Shown here piece after piece: positions 25,571 through 40,400 of a DNA stretch of 64,000 nt. The stretch spans positions 41,604,001 through 41,668,000 of the forward strand of contig OZ076413.1 in NCBI GenBank assembly GCA_964187785.1, read 5' to 3'. Below the pieces are notes generated by a model that was not told the origin of the DNA, did not search any database, and worked only from the letters and a program-made list of their open reading frames with translations. Source of the stretch: Amphiscolops sp. MND2022 (lineage: Eukaryota). Both the position numbers and the translations under genes were made by a program. Within the stretch, counting starts at the first letter, position 1. Every line of letters begins with the position of its first letter.

Positions 25571-26330
25571 CTGATGTAAAAAGGACATATGAAACTATTG
25601 TCACGGGACAAGTTATTATATTTAAAAGTACTTCAAAGAATTCCTTGTATTGCCTTTTGTCACAATACGTACTACTCTACGATTAGGGTGTTTGAATGGT
25701 GTATGCATATATTTACAAAAATTTAAAGTGAACACAAATTCAAATGATTTTTTAATATATTTTCACCTACTTTTAAGTTTGAGGACTTAAGCCTGAAATA
25801 CTTTTGTTAGCGTCTAAAATTCTTTCGACAAGCATTGGAATTACCAATTAGTCAATTCAAATGTAAACTTTCAGTTTAAAGGTCATTCAAATTACTTCGC
25901 TGTTGTTTTTTTTTGTTTTTTTTTTGCATTTACTCCGTCGGTTGCTACGAAGTGAAGCATTAACACCGAATCTCGATACTTGTTTTCGGGAAAGGCCCGG
26001 TTTAACAACCGAAGTCAACCTATCGGTAGCAAATCACACCCCTGTGGTGGTAGCCTTTAATGTGGCCATCACAAACTTTGCGGTGGCCATGGGTGGACCG
26101 GACCATCAATGTATTGCGATGGAGTGCCAGAATGGACTACTGAAATACGATGTCAATCAAAAACCGGCCCCACAAAAAACATGGAAATCGCCCTTTCGAA
26201 CATACTGCACCCTTTTTGTTTAAGAATACGCACCTCTTAGCTTTCCAATGGAGTTTAGCAAATTCTACTTTAAACAAACATAGACTAGTTTTCGAGTAAA
26301 TTGAAAAAGACAAAAAAGTCAAATTCTTGC

Positions 26331-26579
26331 CTCAAATTCCTTGAATTGTTGATTCCAGAATGCTAAGAGTTTCCGTTTCTCTTCCTCATGTACACCTTCG
26401 ACAGGTTGACCGGCATAATCAGTTGCGACACATAAAGCACACAATACTTTTCCATCCGTCTTGCATCTCAACAACAGAGGGTGACCATGCATCTCACATA
26501 AATTGTTTTCCTCATTGGCCTGCATTGAGTCCAGAACCTCTCTGAGTGTGTAGTTCGGTGGAACGTCAGCCACTTGAAT
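26331..26579 (-). CDS. Exon 3 of RING/B-box gene, B-box2-like zinc finger
   Basis: PPNYTLREVLD linker, then CEMH-x7-CKTD-x4-CALC. TTCCAG acceptor; the donor is probably non-canonical AG|GCAAG. Confidence 0.8.
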
Positions 26580-26897
26580 CTGGAAGTCATACTTGATAGC
26601 TTTAGAGCTATATACTGTCACTCGTTAGCGTCATGTACAAAAGATCGCCCGTGTGGGGAAACGCTTGAAAAAATAAGAACGAAAGGCAAAAATGTTTCCC
26701 ATTCAATTCTATAGCCCTAAACGTTTTGGAACGTACTGAAACCCCGGTAGACCCAAGCAAGAAACGTTTGAATTCTATCCGAAAGACACACGTTTTTTTG
26801 CTTAAGTTGAAAAAACACTTGAGATGTATATACAACAACAATTTCAACGTTTGGGATTTCCATTGAATCTTGAAATCTGTAAACAAAAACACTTCAC

Positions 26898-27015
26898 CTC
26901 ATGCAATGTTCGACAGACTGGGCATCTGATTCGACCTGCGTCAACTCGACCAAGTTTTTCTAAGCACTTTTCTCGGGAATGGGGTCCACATAAACTGTGC
27001 TGACAAGGCAGCATC
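26898..27015 (-). CDS. Exon 2 of RING/B-box gene, RING finger C-terminal part
   Basis: (R)MLPCQHSLC...C...IRCPVCR, with TTTCAG acceptor and GTGAAG donor. Phase 2 start matches exon 1. Confidence 0.85.
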
Positions 27016-27994
27016 CTGAAAAAGAATACTTTCGACAAGCCTTATTATTTTTAATGTATTTTTCGAGTAACTCTAGCAACGTTGATCGTAACTTTTTTAA
27101 TCAGAGCATTTAATCATCCCTTAGAATCTCGCGACTTTTTCAAATCATTACTGCTCAATTAAACGGTTTAATCCCGGTCTAAAGACAAGGAACTGACTAA
27201 GCATCAACAAAAAAAATAAAAATTAAAGCAGAAGAAATCAAAAAATCGGAAGTGGTGGTGATAAGTGTGACTAGGTAATCAATGTTCTTGTTATTCCTCT
27301 ATCCTGATCTTGTATTTCATTTGGTTATTAGGGTATACAGTTTCAACCTGAGAGAAGCTATCTGAATTTTAATTTGAACATCAAATAAAAAATGTTAATA
27401 CTTCGATGAATAAATTCACAACCACAATTAATAGAAGAAATAAGGGGAAATACTTTTCGAAAAAATCTTTTGTAAACATTTTTCATTCGGTTTTGATTGG
27501 TAATTGATCTCAATTGTCAGGTTTTATTTTTTTACGACTTTGAGGACCTACTTGCGGCAAAAACGACAGGCAAAGCCTTTCCCTCTGACCTAAACTTTTC
27601 TCTCTGACCTAAAACAGGAGAAATTCAAAACTCTCAAAAGGATTATTTTCCTATGACAGCATCAGGCTTTTGAAACTGAGTGCTTCTAGCTCACGAGGTA
27701 AAATCCAATAACACCCCGTAAAAATCTGCCTCACTACCTAAATAAACGTTATGTTTCCTTATTTGGTTATCTCAATTCCTTCAGTTTGGGAAAAGACTCA
27801 TAGTGGAAAACGTCGAACTCTGCTTCAGCTTTTGTAAGAAATTCCAATTCCAGGGGCTTCCAGCTGCTCAGGTTTCATTATATTGCATGGGGCCCAAATA
27901 CGTTGTTAGAAAATTTAGCCTAGAACAAATTGCATTTTAGATAAGTTCTCTATCTAGTTCCAGTAAAGTTTGGCGATTGTTTTTCTGAACTTTA

Positions 27995-30170
27995 TGTAAC
28001 GTCCACCAGTTTGGTGGACCTGTTCGAAATTTTGAAAAATTCGATGTGTAACGTGTCTAACCTAGCAGGTACCAAAAACTCAAGATGGTAAACGACGAAA
28101 ACACACATCCCCGCCGAGAGAACGCTGACAAAGTAAGAAGATATTGACGGGTAACCCCCAGATACCCAGTGTTGTGCCATCCCTCCAACAACGTCCCAAC
28201 AGAGTGTAACGACAAGCCTCTAACACAGCTTGCTAGCTACGGTAGAAGGAGAATCCAGCCTACAAAACGTAAACGTCCGGGACTAAGCCGTTTCATAAAC
28301 CAGCTCAATTTCCTCCCAGGCAAGGCGGTCCCGAGGAGGGGGAACCGTCTTAAAGGACGCTCTCTGGCCTGAGTCCAGTCTGTTATTGCTATTGGTTACG
28401 GGCATTATGCTTGTTATCATAACTACCGCACAAAAAGCTTGAAAAAAGTGGGATGTTTGATATCTGAATTTACTCCGGATCCGGAAATCTAAAACAACCA
28501 TGTAAATCACGGAATCCGATAATAGCTCTCGAGCATATCAATCGATGTACGATTAAATACCAAAAAGCACATCAAATTACTGTAATGTAATCCGTTCCAG
28601 TGGATATCCAGTTCGTCGACACGGCCGCGCTCGAGCTTGCCACAACTCCGGGGCACACATAAGTACCTCAAGCTGTAGTCAAGGATATGGGACTGAACGC
28701 AACGATATTCTCGCGTTCTCTGGCAAAACAACGTAGTTTGGCTCGTTTTTAGCTGTTTTTCTCTTGTTTTTCTCGCTGGTCGGCTCGCGGGGAGGCTATG
28801 TCTCGTTTTGCACTGCTCCCTGCGGGAAGGTACTTGGACCAAACATGCTCACAGTGCCATGTCAGATTTGAACCAATTTTTGGTACCAGTGAGAATTTTG
28901 TTGATCGGCGGTTGGGGTTACAGGGCGTTTGACAGAGATTCAAACACTCCCGACGCCCTGACGCCAGGTGAAACCTATACATGGACTATAAATTCCGAAA
29001 ATCCAAAACTTGATGAAAGTGCTGAGAGTATCTTTACTGGTTAATTGCGTGAGTTATAAACGTTGTTTTGCCGATGTAATATGATTCTCGAAATGGTAGA
29101 TCCTCTATTTTCATCAGTTTCCCTCAATAGATTGTCCTATAGCTAGAAGAATAGAATTGTCCTCCTTGACATTTGGAAAATCCCCCTAGGAGACTGTTTT
29201 CGGGAGAAAACCTGATGTCCAACGTTGCAGTACTACGGTCCCTTGCCTAAGCCACCTGCACCTTGTCCCGGCACTAGAATGTCTCGGATGTACGCTGCTA
29301 GCTTGACGTAACACCTAGAACAATTTTTACGGCGAACATAGAGGGATGTTTTTGATTATTGCGTCGCACTTGGAGTGTTTCCTGCCTTCCGGCACTGTAG
29401 GGTCCAGATTCATGAACGATGTATGGGAGGGTCATGGAATATTTTCATTGTTTTTCGCCAGCGTGTCAGGCTTCCTTCTGATAAAGTAACTGTGCCTTCC
29501 GAGGTCTGGCAATAGAAATTGACGTTTGATAGCAAAGTACCCTATTAGACAGTATACCTGTGGGAAAACCACATCCGGCTCAACCGGATTTTGTTTGAAA
29601 ACGATCTGAAGCTTTGTTTCAGCTCTCAAAGGCTTGGTTATTGTGCTGAAAGAGTCAGCCAACACTGGTTTGGATGGGCAGGGAGTACACCTTACAGTAT
29701 CACATCTTTTCGACCCCTCTCTGATCGACTACGATACACCCAGAATCTATCGGCTTTGTAATTTTGTTCCCATTGTGTTCACCAGCCGCTTAGACTTTTC
29801 CCAGGCTTACCCTCATTAGTACTAACTGAGAAAAATACCTGTTGGGTTTTCTGATTGATTGGTGGTAAAGTTTGCCAGTTTTCGATTTCATCACTCAAGT
29901 TTTTCAGCAGAGGGTACGGCCAGTGGGGACAAAAACGTTCCATTTGACCTGTCAGGTCAAGAACCAAAAATTTGCCTAGCTAAATTGTAAAAATACAGCA
30001 TTTTCTGTTTGTAAATAGCTAAGTTTTACCTCTTGTGCCAAATTCGGTGACAGAGAATCCTTGGGCGTTTGTTCTTGCGCCTTCATATTAGCCCGAAGAC
30101 CTTTTTGACGTGCTTGGTAATACGCGACACTATTGTCACGACCATTTCTAGGCTCGCCTAGAAGCCTACA
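27995..30170 (+). mobile_element. Probable solo LTR (~2.2 kb)
   Basis: TGTAACG...CCTACA termini. Flanks TTTA/TCTA fit a 4-bp TSD with one mismatch. The 5' end resembles the LTR at 4564. No pol remnants. Confidence 0.55.
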
Positions 30171-30239
30171 TCTAGAATAGATTTTGATATTTTTGAAATC
30201 CTATCATCAACATTGGAAGTCAATAACCGGCAAGAGCCC

Positions 30240-33200
30240 TTCTAACTGATAAAGTTTCTGGTGACGTGATCAAGAAGCAGCGCGGAGTTCATTGCGTCTT
30301 TCACACTCTCGAATGTCAAGCTGACAAAGATCTGCGAATGACAAGTTGAACAGTTGTGCAATGCCTTGCTCAAATTGAAACATTGAACCGAATTGAAACA
30401 TTGAACTTAATTAAGTCAGAGCTCGAAAACATTGAGATATTGCTTCAAAATGGCCAAATTGATGAAAAACTTTACCATTTCTTGATACACTTAGACAAAA
30501 GATTATCAATGAAAAATGAACAATATCCTGAAGTTGCCCTGCTCAAAAACAAAGTTACTTCCTTGGAACAGTACCCTTGTAAGGACTGTATCAAATTCGA
30601 AAAATTACCAATTGTATCTGGAAAAGATGTTACGACAGATGTTATTTGTTTCCTTCAACGAGTATTGGGTATCAAAGTGGAGAAAATGGACTGGAAAGCT
30701 TGCCATCAACTGGGACCCATCACTGATGTCAAACGATTGCCACCTATAATAGCTAAGTTCATATATTTTGATATGAAAAATAGAATTTGGATGCGTAAAA
30801 AGTTGCTTAAAGGTTTTGTCAACCCTTTAATTAGGCAACCTGTGCCTTTATACGAACGCGTAAATCAACATGATAAATATCTGATTGATTTACCAGAAAA
30901 GAAAGGTTTTCGGGTCAATGCCAATAATTTTCAACTTCAACTTCGAGTTGAAAATCAAATCGGAAAGTTTATTCCGCAATCAATATCTCGCCCCAGAGAC
31001 ATAAATGAAAATATTGTGTTTGAGGAATGTCGCGAAACAAGCACCCGGCGGTCAAAAAGATCTAACTGGACCTGGAACAAAAACTGATGGCGCAGCAAAA
31101 AATCAAGGCGCTCAAAACCGACCAAATGGCATTGCACCGATTCAAGTATCTGGTACAATAAATGATACGTCATCTACAAAACGCCTGCGAATAAACGCCC
31201 TCCTCCGGATCTGTCACCACTTGCGTATACTGCTGTTATTGAGCAACTAAGATTTCTACAACACGATAAATTGAAACTGATGGACTACGTAGAGTTTCTG
31301 CTAATAATTCATCAGAGTAAAACTAAGCAACGTTTTTCACTATCATCTGATAACGGTATTGAGTTTTGAGTATACCAATAAATAGAATGAACAAGGTAAT
31401 GTTTTGTTTTGTTGGGTGTATACATCTCTGTGTTTACTTGCTCCTTCTACCCACACTTAAATTTTTTGAATTCATTTACCATGAAGGGGGAGAACCAAAC
31501 AATGACGAGACTCAGTACTGACAAAAGTCCATTTCTGATTAGTGCAAACATTCAATCGCTACGATGTCATCATGATGAACTTAAACTTGAACTAGATAAC
31601 TACGACAAGAAACCAACAATAATAGCGCTAACGGGAACATGGTCAATCGAGAATGACGCTCTGGAAAACGATTACAACTTTGAAACTTGTCAACCAATTG
31701 AACAAAAGCCAAGAACCTCAGGTTAAGAACGAAGAGGTGTTGCTTTTTATGTACAAGAAGATATAAAATACAGAGTTGTTGAATTCCAGTGTTGAATTGA
31801 ATGTCTAATCATTCAAACAAAATTTCATGCTGAAATTATCAGAAATTTTTGCGTTATATACAGACCACATAGCCAGAAAATCCCGAACTTTTTGCAAGCG
31901 ATCGAACATTTACTCATGTTTTTACGGAATTTGAAACATGACACTATTTTGCGCGGTGACTTCAACATTGATACAATAAAAGACTCAAAAGAGAATTTGG
32001 ATTTTGAGAATTTACTTTTAGCATATGACTTCAAACGACAAAAATCTGATCCTTCCAGGGTAACTCCAACATCCGCTACCTGCATCGATCATATCTCGAT
32101 AAGTTATCAAATGAATACTGAAACCATCAAAAAAACAATCAGTGATCACTACACAGTCTGGGAACAATACCTGGTGTATCAAGAAAAAATCTCAAAAAAT
32201 TGAAGTGAAACAAACATATCGAGATATGCGCAAAATCAAAGGATGCTTTGAATTTTTGTTTTTTCTAGTCAAACCTTAAAAAAGTTTGAACCTTCGAGAA
32301 TGAAATCACAAGAAGGAACAAGTTTTGCCAAAAGATGGATAAAATGTCCAACTGAGGAAAGTATAACTATTTATAAAAAACAGAGAAACATTGTGACAAC
32401 ATTGATAAAAAATGCCAAACGCCAGAGTAATCTTGATTGATTAGGAGAAAACCCAAGCGCAAAAACGATTTATCGAAACTTGAAGAGTCAAATGAGGTGT
32501 AACCAGCCAGCTGTAAAGTTGCCTGATTTGGAAAAAAATAACCAATTTTTCACATCCATTGGATCGAAATTAGCCTCGTCTCTTCCTCCTGCGCATCACA
32601 AGTATGAAATCAATAAACTTCAAAATTCTATGGTTTTCAAATATACCAATGAGTTGGAAGTTTCTAAAATAGTTGGGAGTTCGATAAACAAGAGAAGCAG
32701 TGGTCACGATGGTATCAGTAACGAAATCTTGGAATGCTGTTCTCGGATAATTGAAAAATATTTGGTGCTAAATATTTTGTTCCTGAATGTCCTAAAATTG
32801 CAAAAGTGTAACCTCTTTTCAAGAAGGGTGACGAAAGTCTACCAAGTAACTACCGACGTAAAAGTCTTCTGAGCTCCCTCAGTAAAGTTTTCGAAAAACT
32901 CCTGCTGAAAGGATTGGTCAAGTTTTTCAACAAAAACAAATTTTTTACCCCCGTGCAGTATGGCTTCAGAAAAAAATCGTCGTGAGCCCAGTCAATAGCC
33001 GAAGTCACTGACTTCATTAGAGGTGAACTTGATAAAGTATCAAGTAGAATTTCCTGTTTTTTTGATCTACAGAAAGCTTTTTGATTCATTAGATCATGGA
33101 ATATTGTTAGCAAAACTGAGTAACTATGGATTCAGATTATACATTATAATCGTTGACTATCTTTCAAACAGATCACAATATGTATATGAGAACGGGAATC

Positions 33201-34425
33201 GGAGTGATATTGCCAAAATTACTACTGGATACCACAAGGGTTCTAGGTCCCTTCTTGTTTCTCGTATATATCAACGATTTGCCCCAGATCCTTGAAAACG
33301 TAACAAGATGGCATTTTTCGCGGATGACACATCCATTATCAAGTCTGGAAAGACGAAATGTAACATGCAAAACAACTGCATGCAACTTTGTGACTGGTTC
33401 AATTATAACAAAACGTGACTGAACACCTCGAAATGTGAAACCATGTCATTTGGTAACAACTATCAGAACACGCTCACAGTTCAAAACGAAGCCATGCCAC
33501 GAAACACATGCTGTAAGAAATTGGGTGTGTTGATTGACTCGAAGTTGACATACAGAGATCATAATAATTACGTTGTAAAGAAGCTGAAGAAATTTTGCGG
33601 GCTGATATATAGAGTTCGGGATATCTATCCAATAAAATGTCTATTGTTGTTTTATAATGCGTATGCTAAGTCTGTAATTTGCCATGGACTATTAGTTTAT
33701 GGGAGAGCTGCGAAAACGAACCTAAGCAAAATTGAAACTGCACAAAGAATTATCGGCGAATAATTTTTCTCAAAAAAATGTATGACATTTTGCAAAACAT
33801 TCTGCGCCAAACCACTCTGAATTTAGTATTTGAATTGTTCATTCCGGATGTATTTCGAGAAATTTTTAATCAACTGAGATCTAATGGTACATCGAAACTT
33901 TCGAATCTCATTGCTGAATCTCGAAACAACGAAAAACGCGAGGATCGATAAAAGGGCTCTTGCCAATACTCGACAGCTGAACGAAAAGTAAATCGAATCC
34001 AGGTGAGCATACACTCATCAAAGGCTGGTTATTGCAAACGGATATAATGCCTGGTAATATCGAAATCATGACCCAAACGCAAATCAAAACGTACCTGAAA
34101 AACCTAAATAGGCTATATATTACAGATAGTAGTGAACTTTTTGCTTTGTTTTTCCATTGATAAGGTCAGTCGCTGAATTTGAATCACAGCCTAATAATTG
34201 AATTTTCACATTGATTGATCAGTAAAGCATAAAAGCTTTATTGTGTGAGATAAAGAGACCTCTGAAAAAGGAAGGTTAGATATGAGTTGGTCTAAATTTG
34301 GATCTCTCTTGTACAGGACAAAAACTTGAAGAGCTGATTATGCTCCTTTTTTGTCCTGCTTGAACGTTTATTTTAGTCTTCTTAAGTTGGATTATGTTAT
34401 CGTTCAAGAAAAATAAACTTTAAAG
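30240..34425 (+). mobile_element. Near full-length degenerate LINE (CR1/L2-like): ORF1 30356-31087; ORF2 with APE endonuclease and RT broken by frameshifts
   Basis: ORF1 ACHQLGP...PPIIAKF. Endonuclease SANIQSL, IIALTGTW, GDFNID, CIDH, ISDH. RT QYGFR, DLQKAF, LGPFLFLVYINDL, FADD. AATAAA at the 3' end. Confidence 0.9.
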
Positions 34426-37400
34426 CAGCAACAACGGCCGTGTACATATTCAGTAGCTCTCATTATTCGAAAGCAGCTATTTCAGGTTGAAAGTAGATGT
34501 TTTATAAATTTCCATCCCTCGTACTTCAAAACCGAGCAAAAATATCAAGTCGTCTTTCAAGTACTATTATCATGATATTACTTCGAACTTACGCCATGTT
34601 TAAACATTTTCTGAACACTGTCGCTCTGACCAATTTTTTTCAGAAGTAATTTTTTTCGGAAATTGAACCAACTTAAAAAGCACTTTTTCAAAATCATTTT
34701 TCACAAGCTTCGTGGTTTCCAAATGTTTTTCATGTTTATAACTTGTATTTCCCCTGAAAATAGCTTTCAAATGAAGAAAATCATTCGAAGATATTTTTTT
34801 ATAGTTTGAAAATAAATTTTAAAATTTAATTCGCGCAAGAAAACGGGTGATAAATTATTACCTGGTAGTCAAATCCTCCCTCTTGTTTTCCGAGACACTC
34901 ATTCTGAGCTCTTACTTCTCACTTTTATTTACGCTTGAATGAGCTTGTTCAGCACACAACTTTCATTTTTGTATCATTAATGCAAACTGATGTGAACATA
35001 AGAATGTGCCTTACAATTTTTCGTTTCTCAGATCAAACCATCTACAGTTTCCTGTGGTTGTTGGTTTGTTAGTACACAACCCTACGAACTTCTTGAAGTG
35101 GGCGGCGGCGGCGCATCTTTCGCATTACTTGATGCGCTGGGCAAATTGATGTGCGCGGTGGCCTGAAAATTATCTTCGCGGTTTTCGAACGAATATTCAA
35201 TTGCGGTACCGCGAGGAACATTGAAAAAAATCTTAGACAAATTGGACCGACTCATGACATTGGTTGTTGGTTCTAGGTGAATGACTTCAAGCAGCAAAAA
35301 AACCTACAAACGCTCTAGGCCTATTGAGAACGGAATTGCCCATATTCATTAGGAAGTCTTACTATGTAAGAGAAGACCCCTTCTTCCTTATTGTCACAGA
35401 CGTGACGCATCAGCAACTGAAATACTTTAAAATCTCTAATTGTTTTCGTGACAAATTCATGCTTTGAGTGGAATTGTAGTACATTGACATTGAACTCAAT
35501 TGAAGTAAAAGAAGTCAATTTTTTACATTTTGGCGCTCCTACAAATCATTCCCCAATCTTCAACGCCGAATTTTTTCTGCTGCTTTCTGCACCCTCCCCC
35601 TCTGTTAGTGTGTTCCAATTTGAGCAAAAAGAAATCAACCCTCATTTCCCTTCTTTGTTTTGGAAGAAAGACTATAGACACCTTTTTTTGTCTTTTTCTA
35701 CAAAAAGATCGCTTCAACTGTAAAGTCAAAACCCTCTTCAGCAGCTTTTCGATGGCAAAGCGAGCTTCTAGCTTCCAACGTTTCGACTACCCAGAATCAA
35801 CTTCTTCAACTTTTCGCTTTTTTCCACCTTTACCCTTGCTGCACTGAGAGAGTGCTAGGAGAAAAACAATTAAAAAACAAGTTCATTTTTAGGAATAGTT
35901 TTTGTCTTAGTTTTGGTTTTACCTTTTCGACTAGCGCACCCTCTCTATTACGAGAGCGATGTGAATATATTTACATCTTTTCCGACACCAACCGAAAGTT
36001 TTTTTTTCATCGCTTAGTTTAGGACTTGCTTCGTCCTGTTGGATCCAGCTGCGTCCTGAACAGTTAAGTAAAACAGAATCGCCGTTCCGTTCCGTTTTTA
36101 GGACTTTTCAGTTTTTTGTCGGCTTCCTTGCGGTTCGCTCGGTCCGTCTTCGTCGTTCCTCAATACAGCGATTCCACTAGGTTCAACCAGCGCATTCAAC
36201 TACCATTCACTTCTCTTATTGTATTCTTTACCGCCGTGGTTGCGAATCGCACGGTTTTTTTGTTCCGTAAGTTGTCTCTTACCATTCTTTGTGTCAAGGC
36301 AGCAGAGCTCCAGTCAAAAGATTCAGCCAGCCTCTCTACAAACGACAACAACCCGCAGTGCATCAAAGCTGACAACTTCTTTGCTCCAATTTCAACAACC
36401 AGATTGAGAAATAAAAAGGAACAAACTTTTCTCGATCGCTTCCGACTGGAAGAACGATTGTTTGAGAACACACTAAAACCTTTACAGGAGAATAATCTTG
36501 ACAACCAACCAGTTTCTGTTCTGAGGACAATTCTTAAAAACCTTTCTCATCGACACCAGCAATTGACGGACGTTACCCATCAGCTTACAGGTTTCCTCGC
36601 CAACGACGCTTTGGAAACTCTCTTTTTGACAGTATGTCTCGAATCTCAAGTGAGTTCGAGAACGCTGAAGTCTAGGTTTCTCTGAAAGAAACAGACCATC
36701 ATCGACTACCAACCCGAAGCATCAGTGTCTCCAGCCGCCAGTTTCAACAACACTTCTGTAACGAATATACTGACTTCCCACCGGTATCACATCCACTGAG
36801 TACGTCACAACAGCAACCGCCGTAAACTATGGATCAAACAGCAGGTTCTGCTTTTCCCACGGCCGCATGCCAGCTCCCGTCAGTTGTGGAAGTCTCCACT
36901 ACTCCAGCAGTCACTCTTTGTTCGAGTGAGCCGACAACCATTGTCACTTGTGTTAACCCATTTGGCACCTTGCCTACAAGCGTACCGCCTGTTTTTCCTC
37001 AAACTCGCCGCCAAAATTCAGCAGTGCATCTTTTCCAAAACGATGATCGCTCCGAAGCTCACCCTTTTGCAGAAAATACATATCTCGTTCCACCGAACCC
37101 CGCTTCTGTTATCCAGCTGCCACTCGAAACTCAATCCAATTTTATTAACGCGAATTCCAGTTCAGCACACCTCATGTCTTGCTCCCACTCAACCATCCGT
37201 GCCTGTTCTCGTGTATCGCGTACCCAACTTGAATCAGGCGTTTAAGCAACCCCTGCAAACTCCCAACAATTTTCTTTCCGTCTCGCCATCACAGTTCAAC
37301 CAGCTTCAATTCGTCTCCCAACAGCAACTGCCGCACGCTGTCTCTTCCATCGCTTCAAATATCGCGTTTGTGCAAACAATTTTGACGTACCTCTTCCACC

Positions 37401-40400
37401 TACAACAACAAAACCGGTCTTTGCCGAAAGCCTTTCGCGCCCGTTTCCTGACCCACAGCCGTTTCCTACTTCCTCCATTACTACTGCAGCATCTTATGCC
37501 GCAACATCCCATCTTGTTCCGACCAATGCTATTTCAACAACAATCGATGCCTGTAATTTGCTATGTACTATTAGTTTATGGAAGAGCGGCGAAAACGAAC
37601 CTAAGCAAAATTGAAATTGCACAAAGAATTATCAGAGAATAATTGTTTCAAAAAAATGTTTGACATCTTGCAAAACATTCTGCGCCAAACCACTCTGAAT
37701 TTAGTTTTTGAATTGTTCATTCCGGATGTATTTCGAGAAATTTTTAATCAACTGAGATCTAATGGTACATCGAAACTTTCGAATCTCATTGCTGAATCTC
37801 GAAACAACGAAAAATGCGAGGATCGATAAAAGGGCTCTTGCCAATACCCGACAGCTGAACGAAAAGTAAATCGAATCCAGGTGAGCATACACTCATCAAA
37901 GGCTGGTTATTGCAAATGGATATAATGCCTGGTAATATCGAAACCATGACCCAAACGCAAATCAAAACGTACCTGAAAAACTTAAATAGGCTATATATTA
38001 CAGATAGTAGTGAACTTTTAGCTCTGTTTTTTCAATGACAAGGTCAGTCGCTGAATTTGAATCACAGCCTAATAATTGAATTTTCACATTGATTGATCAA
38101 TAAAGCATAAAAGCTTTATTGTGTGAGATAAAGAGACCTCTGAACAAGGAAGGTTAGATATGAGTTGGTCTGAACTTGGATCTCTCTTGTACAGGGCAAA
38201 AACTTGAAGAGCTGATTATGCTCCTTTTTTGTCCTGCTTGAACGTTTATCTTAGTCTTATTAAGTTGGATTATGTAATCGTTCAAGAGAAATAAACTTTA
38301 AAGCAGCAACAACGGCCGTGTACATATTCAGTGGCTCTCATTATTCGAAAGCGGCTATTTCAGGCTGAAAGTAGATGTTTTTATAAATTTCCATCCCTCG
38401 TACTTCAAAACCGTGCAAAAATATCAAGTCTTCTTTCAAGTACTCTTATCATGATATTACTTCGAACTTACGCCATGTTTAAACATTTTCTGAACACTGT
38501 CGCTCTGAACAAATTTTTTTCAGAAGTAATTTTTTTCGGAAATTGAACCAACTTAAAAAGCACTTTTTCAAAATCTTTTTTCACAAGCTTCGTGGTTTCC
38601 AAATGTTTTTCATGTTTATAACTTGTATTTCCCTTAAAAATAGCTTTCAAATGAAAAAAATCAATCGAAGATATTTTTTATAGTTTAAAAATAAATTTTA
38701 AAATTTAATTCGCGCAAGAAAACGGGTGATAAGTTATTACCTGGTAGTCAAATCCTCGCTCTTGTTTTCCAAGACACTCATTCCGAGCTCTTACTTCTCA
38801 CTTTTATTTACGCTTGAATGAGCTTGTTCAGCCATCTCTCATCACACAACTTTCATTTTTGTATCTTTAATACAAACTGATGTGAACATAAGGATGTGCC
38901 TTACAATTTTTCTTTTCTCAGATCAAACCATCTACAGTTTCCTGTGGTTTTTGGTTTGTTAGTACACAACCCTACGAACTTCTTGAAGTTGGCGGCAGAG
39001 GCGCATCTTTCGCATTACTTGATGCGCTGGGAAATTGATGTGCGCGGTGGCCTGAAAATTATCTTCGCGGTTTTCGAACGAATATTCAATTGCGGTACCG
39101 CGAGGAACATTGAAAAAAAATCTTAGACAAATTGGACCGACTCATGACATTGGTTGTTGGTTTCAGGTGAATGACCTCAAGCAGCAAAAAAACCTACAAA
39201 CGCTCTAGGCCTATTGAGAACGGAATTGCCCATATTCATTAGGAAGTCTTACTATGTAAGAGAAGACCCCTTCTTCCTTATTGTCACAGACGTGACGCAT
39301 CAGCAACTGAAATACTTTAAAAACTCTAAATGTTTTCGTGACAAATTCATGCTTTGAGTGGAATTGTAGTACATTGACATTGAACTCAATTGAAGTAAAA
39401 GAAGTCAATTTTTTACATTTTGGCGCTCCTACAAATCTTTCCCCAATCTTCAACGCCGAATTTTTTCTGCTGCTTTCTGCACCCTCCCCCTCTGTTAGTG
39501 CGTTCCAATTTGAGCAAAAAGAAATCAACCCTCATTTCCCTTCTTTGTTTTGAAAGAAAGACTATAGTCACCTTTTTTTGGTCTTTTTCTACAAAAAGAT
39601 CGCTTCAACTGTAAATTCAAAACCCTCTTCAGCAGCTTTTCGATGACAAGGCGAGCTTCTAGCTTCCAACGTTTCGACTACCCAGAATCAACTTCTTCAA
39701 CCTTTTGCTTTTTTCCACCCTTACCCTTGCTGCACTGAGAGAGTGCTAGAAGAAAAACAATTAAAAAACAAGTTCATTTTTAGGAATAGTTTTTGTTTTA
39801 GTTTTGGTTTTACCTTTTCGAGTAGCGCACCCTCTCTATTACGAGAGCGATGTGAATATGTTTACATCTTTTCCGACGCCAACCGAAAGTTTTTTTCATC
39901 GCTGATTTTAGGACTTGCTTCGTCCAGTTTTCGTCCTGTTGGATCCAGCTGCGTCCTGAACAGTTAAGTAAAACAGAATCGCCGTTCCGTTCCGTTTTTA
40001 GGTCTTTTCAGTTTTTTGTCGGCTTCCTTGCGGTTCGCTCGGTCCGTCTTCGTCGTTCCTCAATACAGCGATTCCACTAGGTTCAACCAGCGCATTCAAC
40101 TACCATTCACTTCTCTTATTGTATTCTTTACCGCCGTGGTTGCGAATCGCACGGTTTTTTTTGTTCCGTAAGTTGTCTCTTACCAATTCTTTCTCAAAAG
40201 ATTCAGCCAGCCTCTCTACAAACGACAACAACCCGCAGTGCATCAAAGCTGACAACTTCTTTGCTCCAATTTCAACAACCAGATTGAGAAATAAAAAGGA
40301 ACAAACTTTTCTCGATCGCTTCCGACTGGAAGAACGATTGTTTGAGAACACACTAAAACCTTTACAGGAGAATAATCTTGACAACCAACCAGTTTCTGTT

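Noticed and set aside
36116..37642. ORFs 36116-36685, 36829-37245, 36884-37642 (and twins at 40119-41634) as host genes
   Set aside because: Frameshifted pieces and alternative frames of the low-complexity BEL gag N-terminus.
39190..39281. Exon-like sequence interrupted by the BEL insertion (rejoined with 44687-44700)
   Set aside because: The acceptor-like TTTCAG is followed by an in-frame stop and no recognisable domain.
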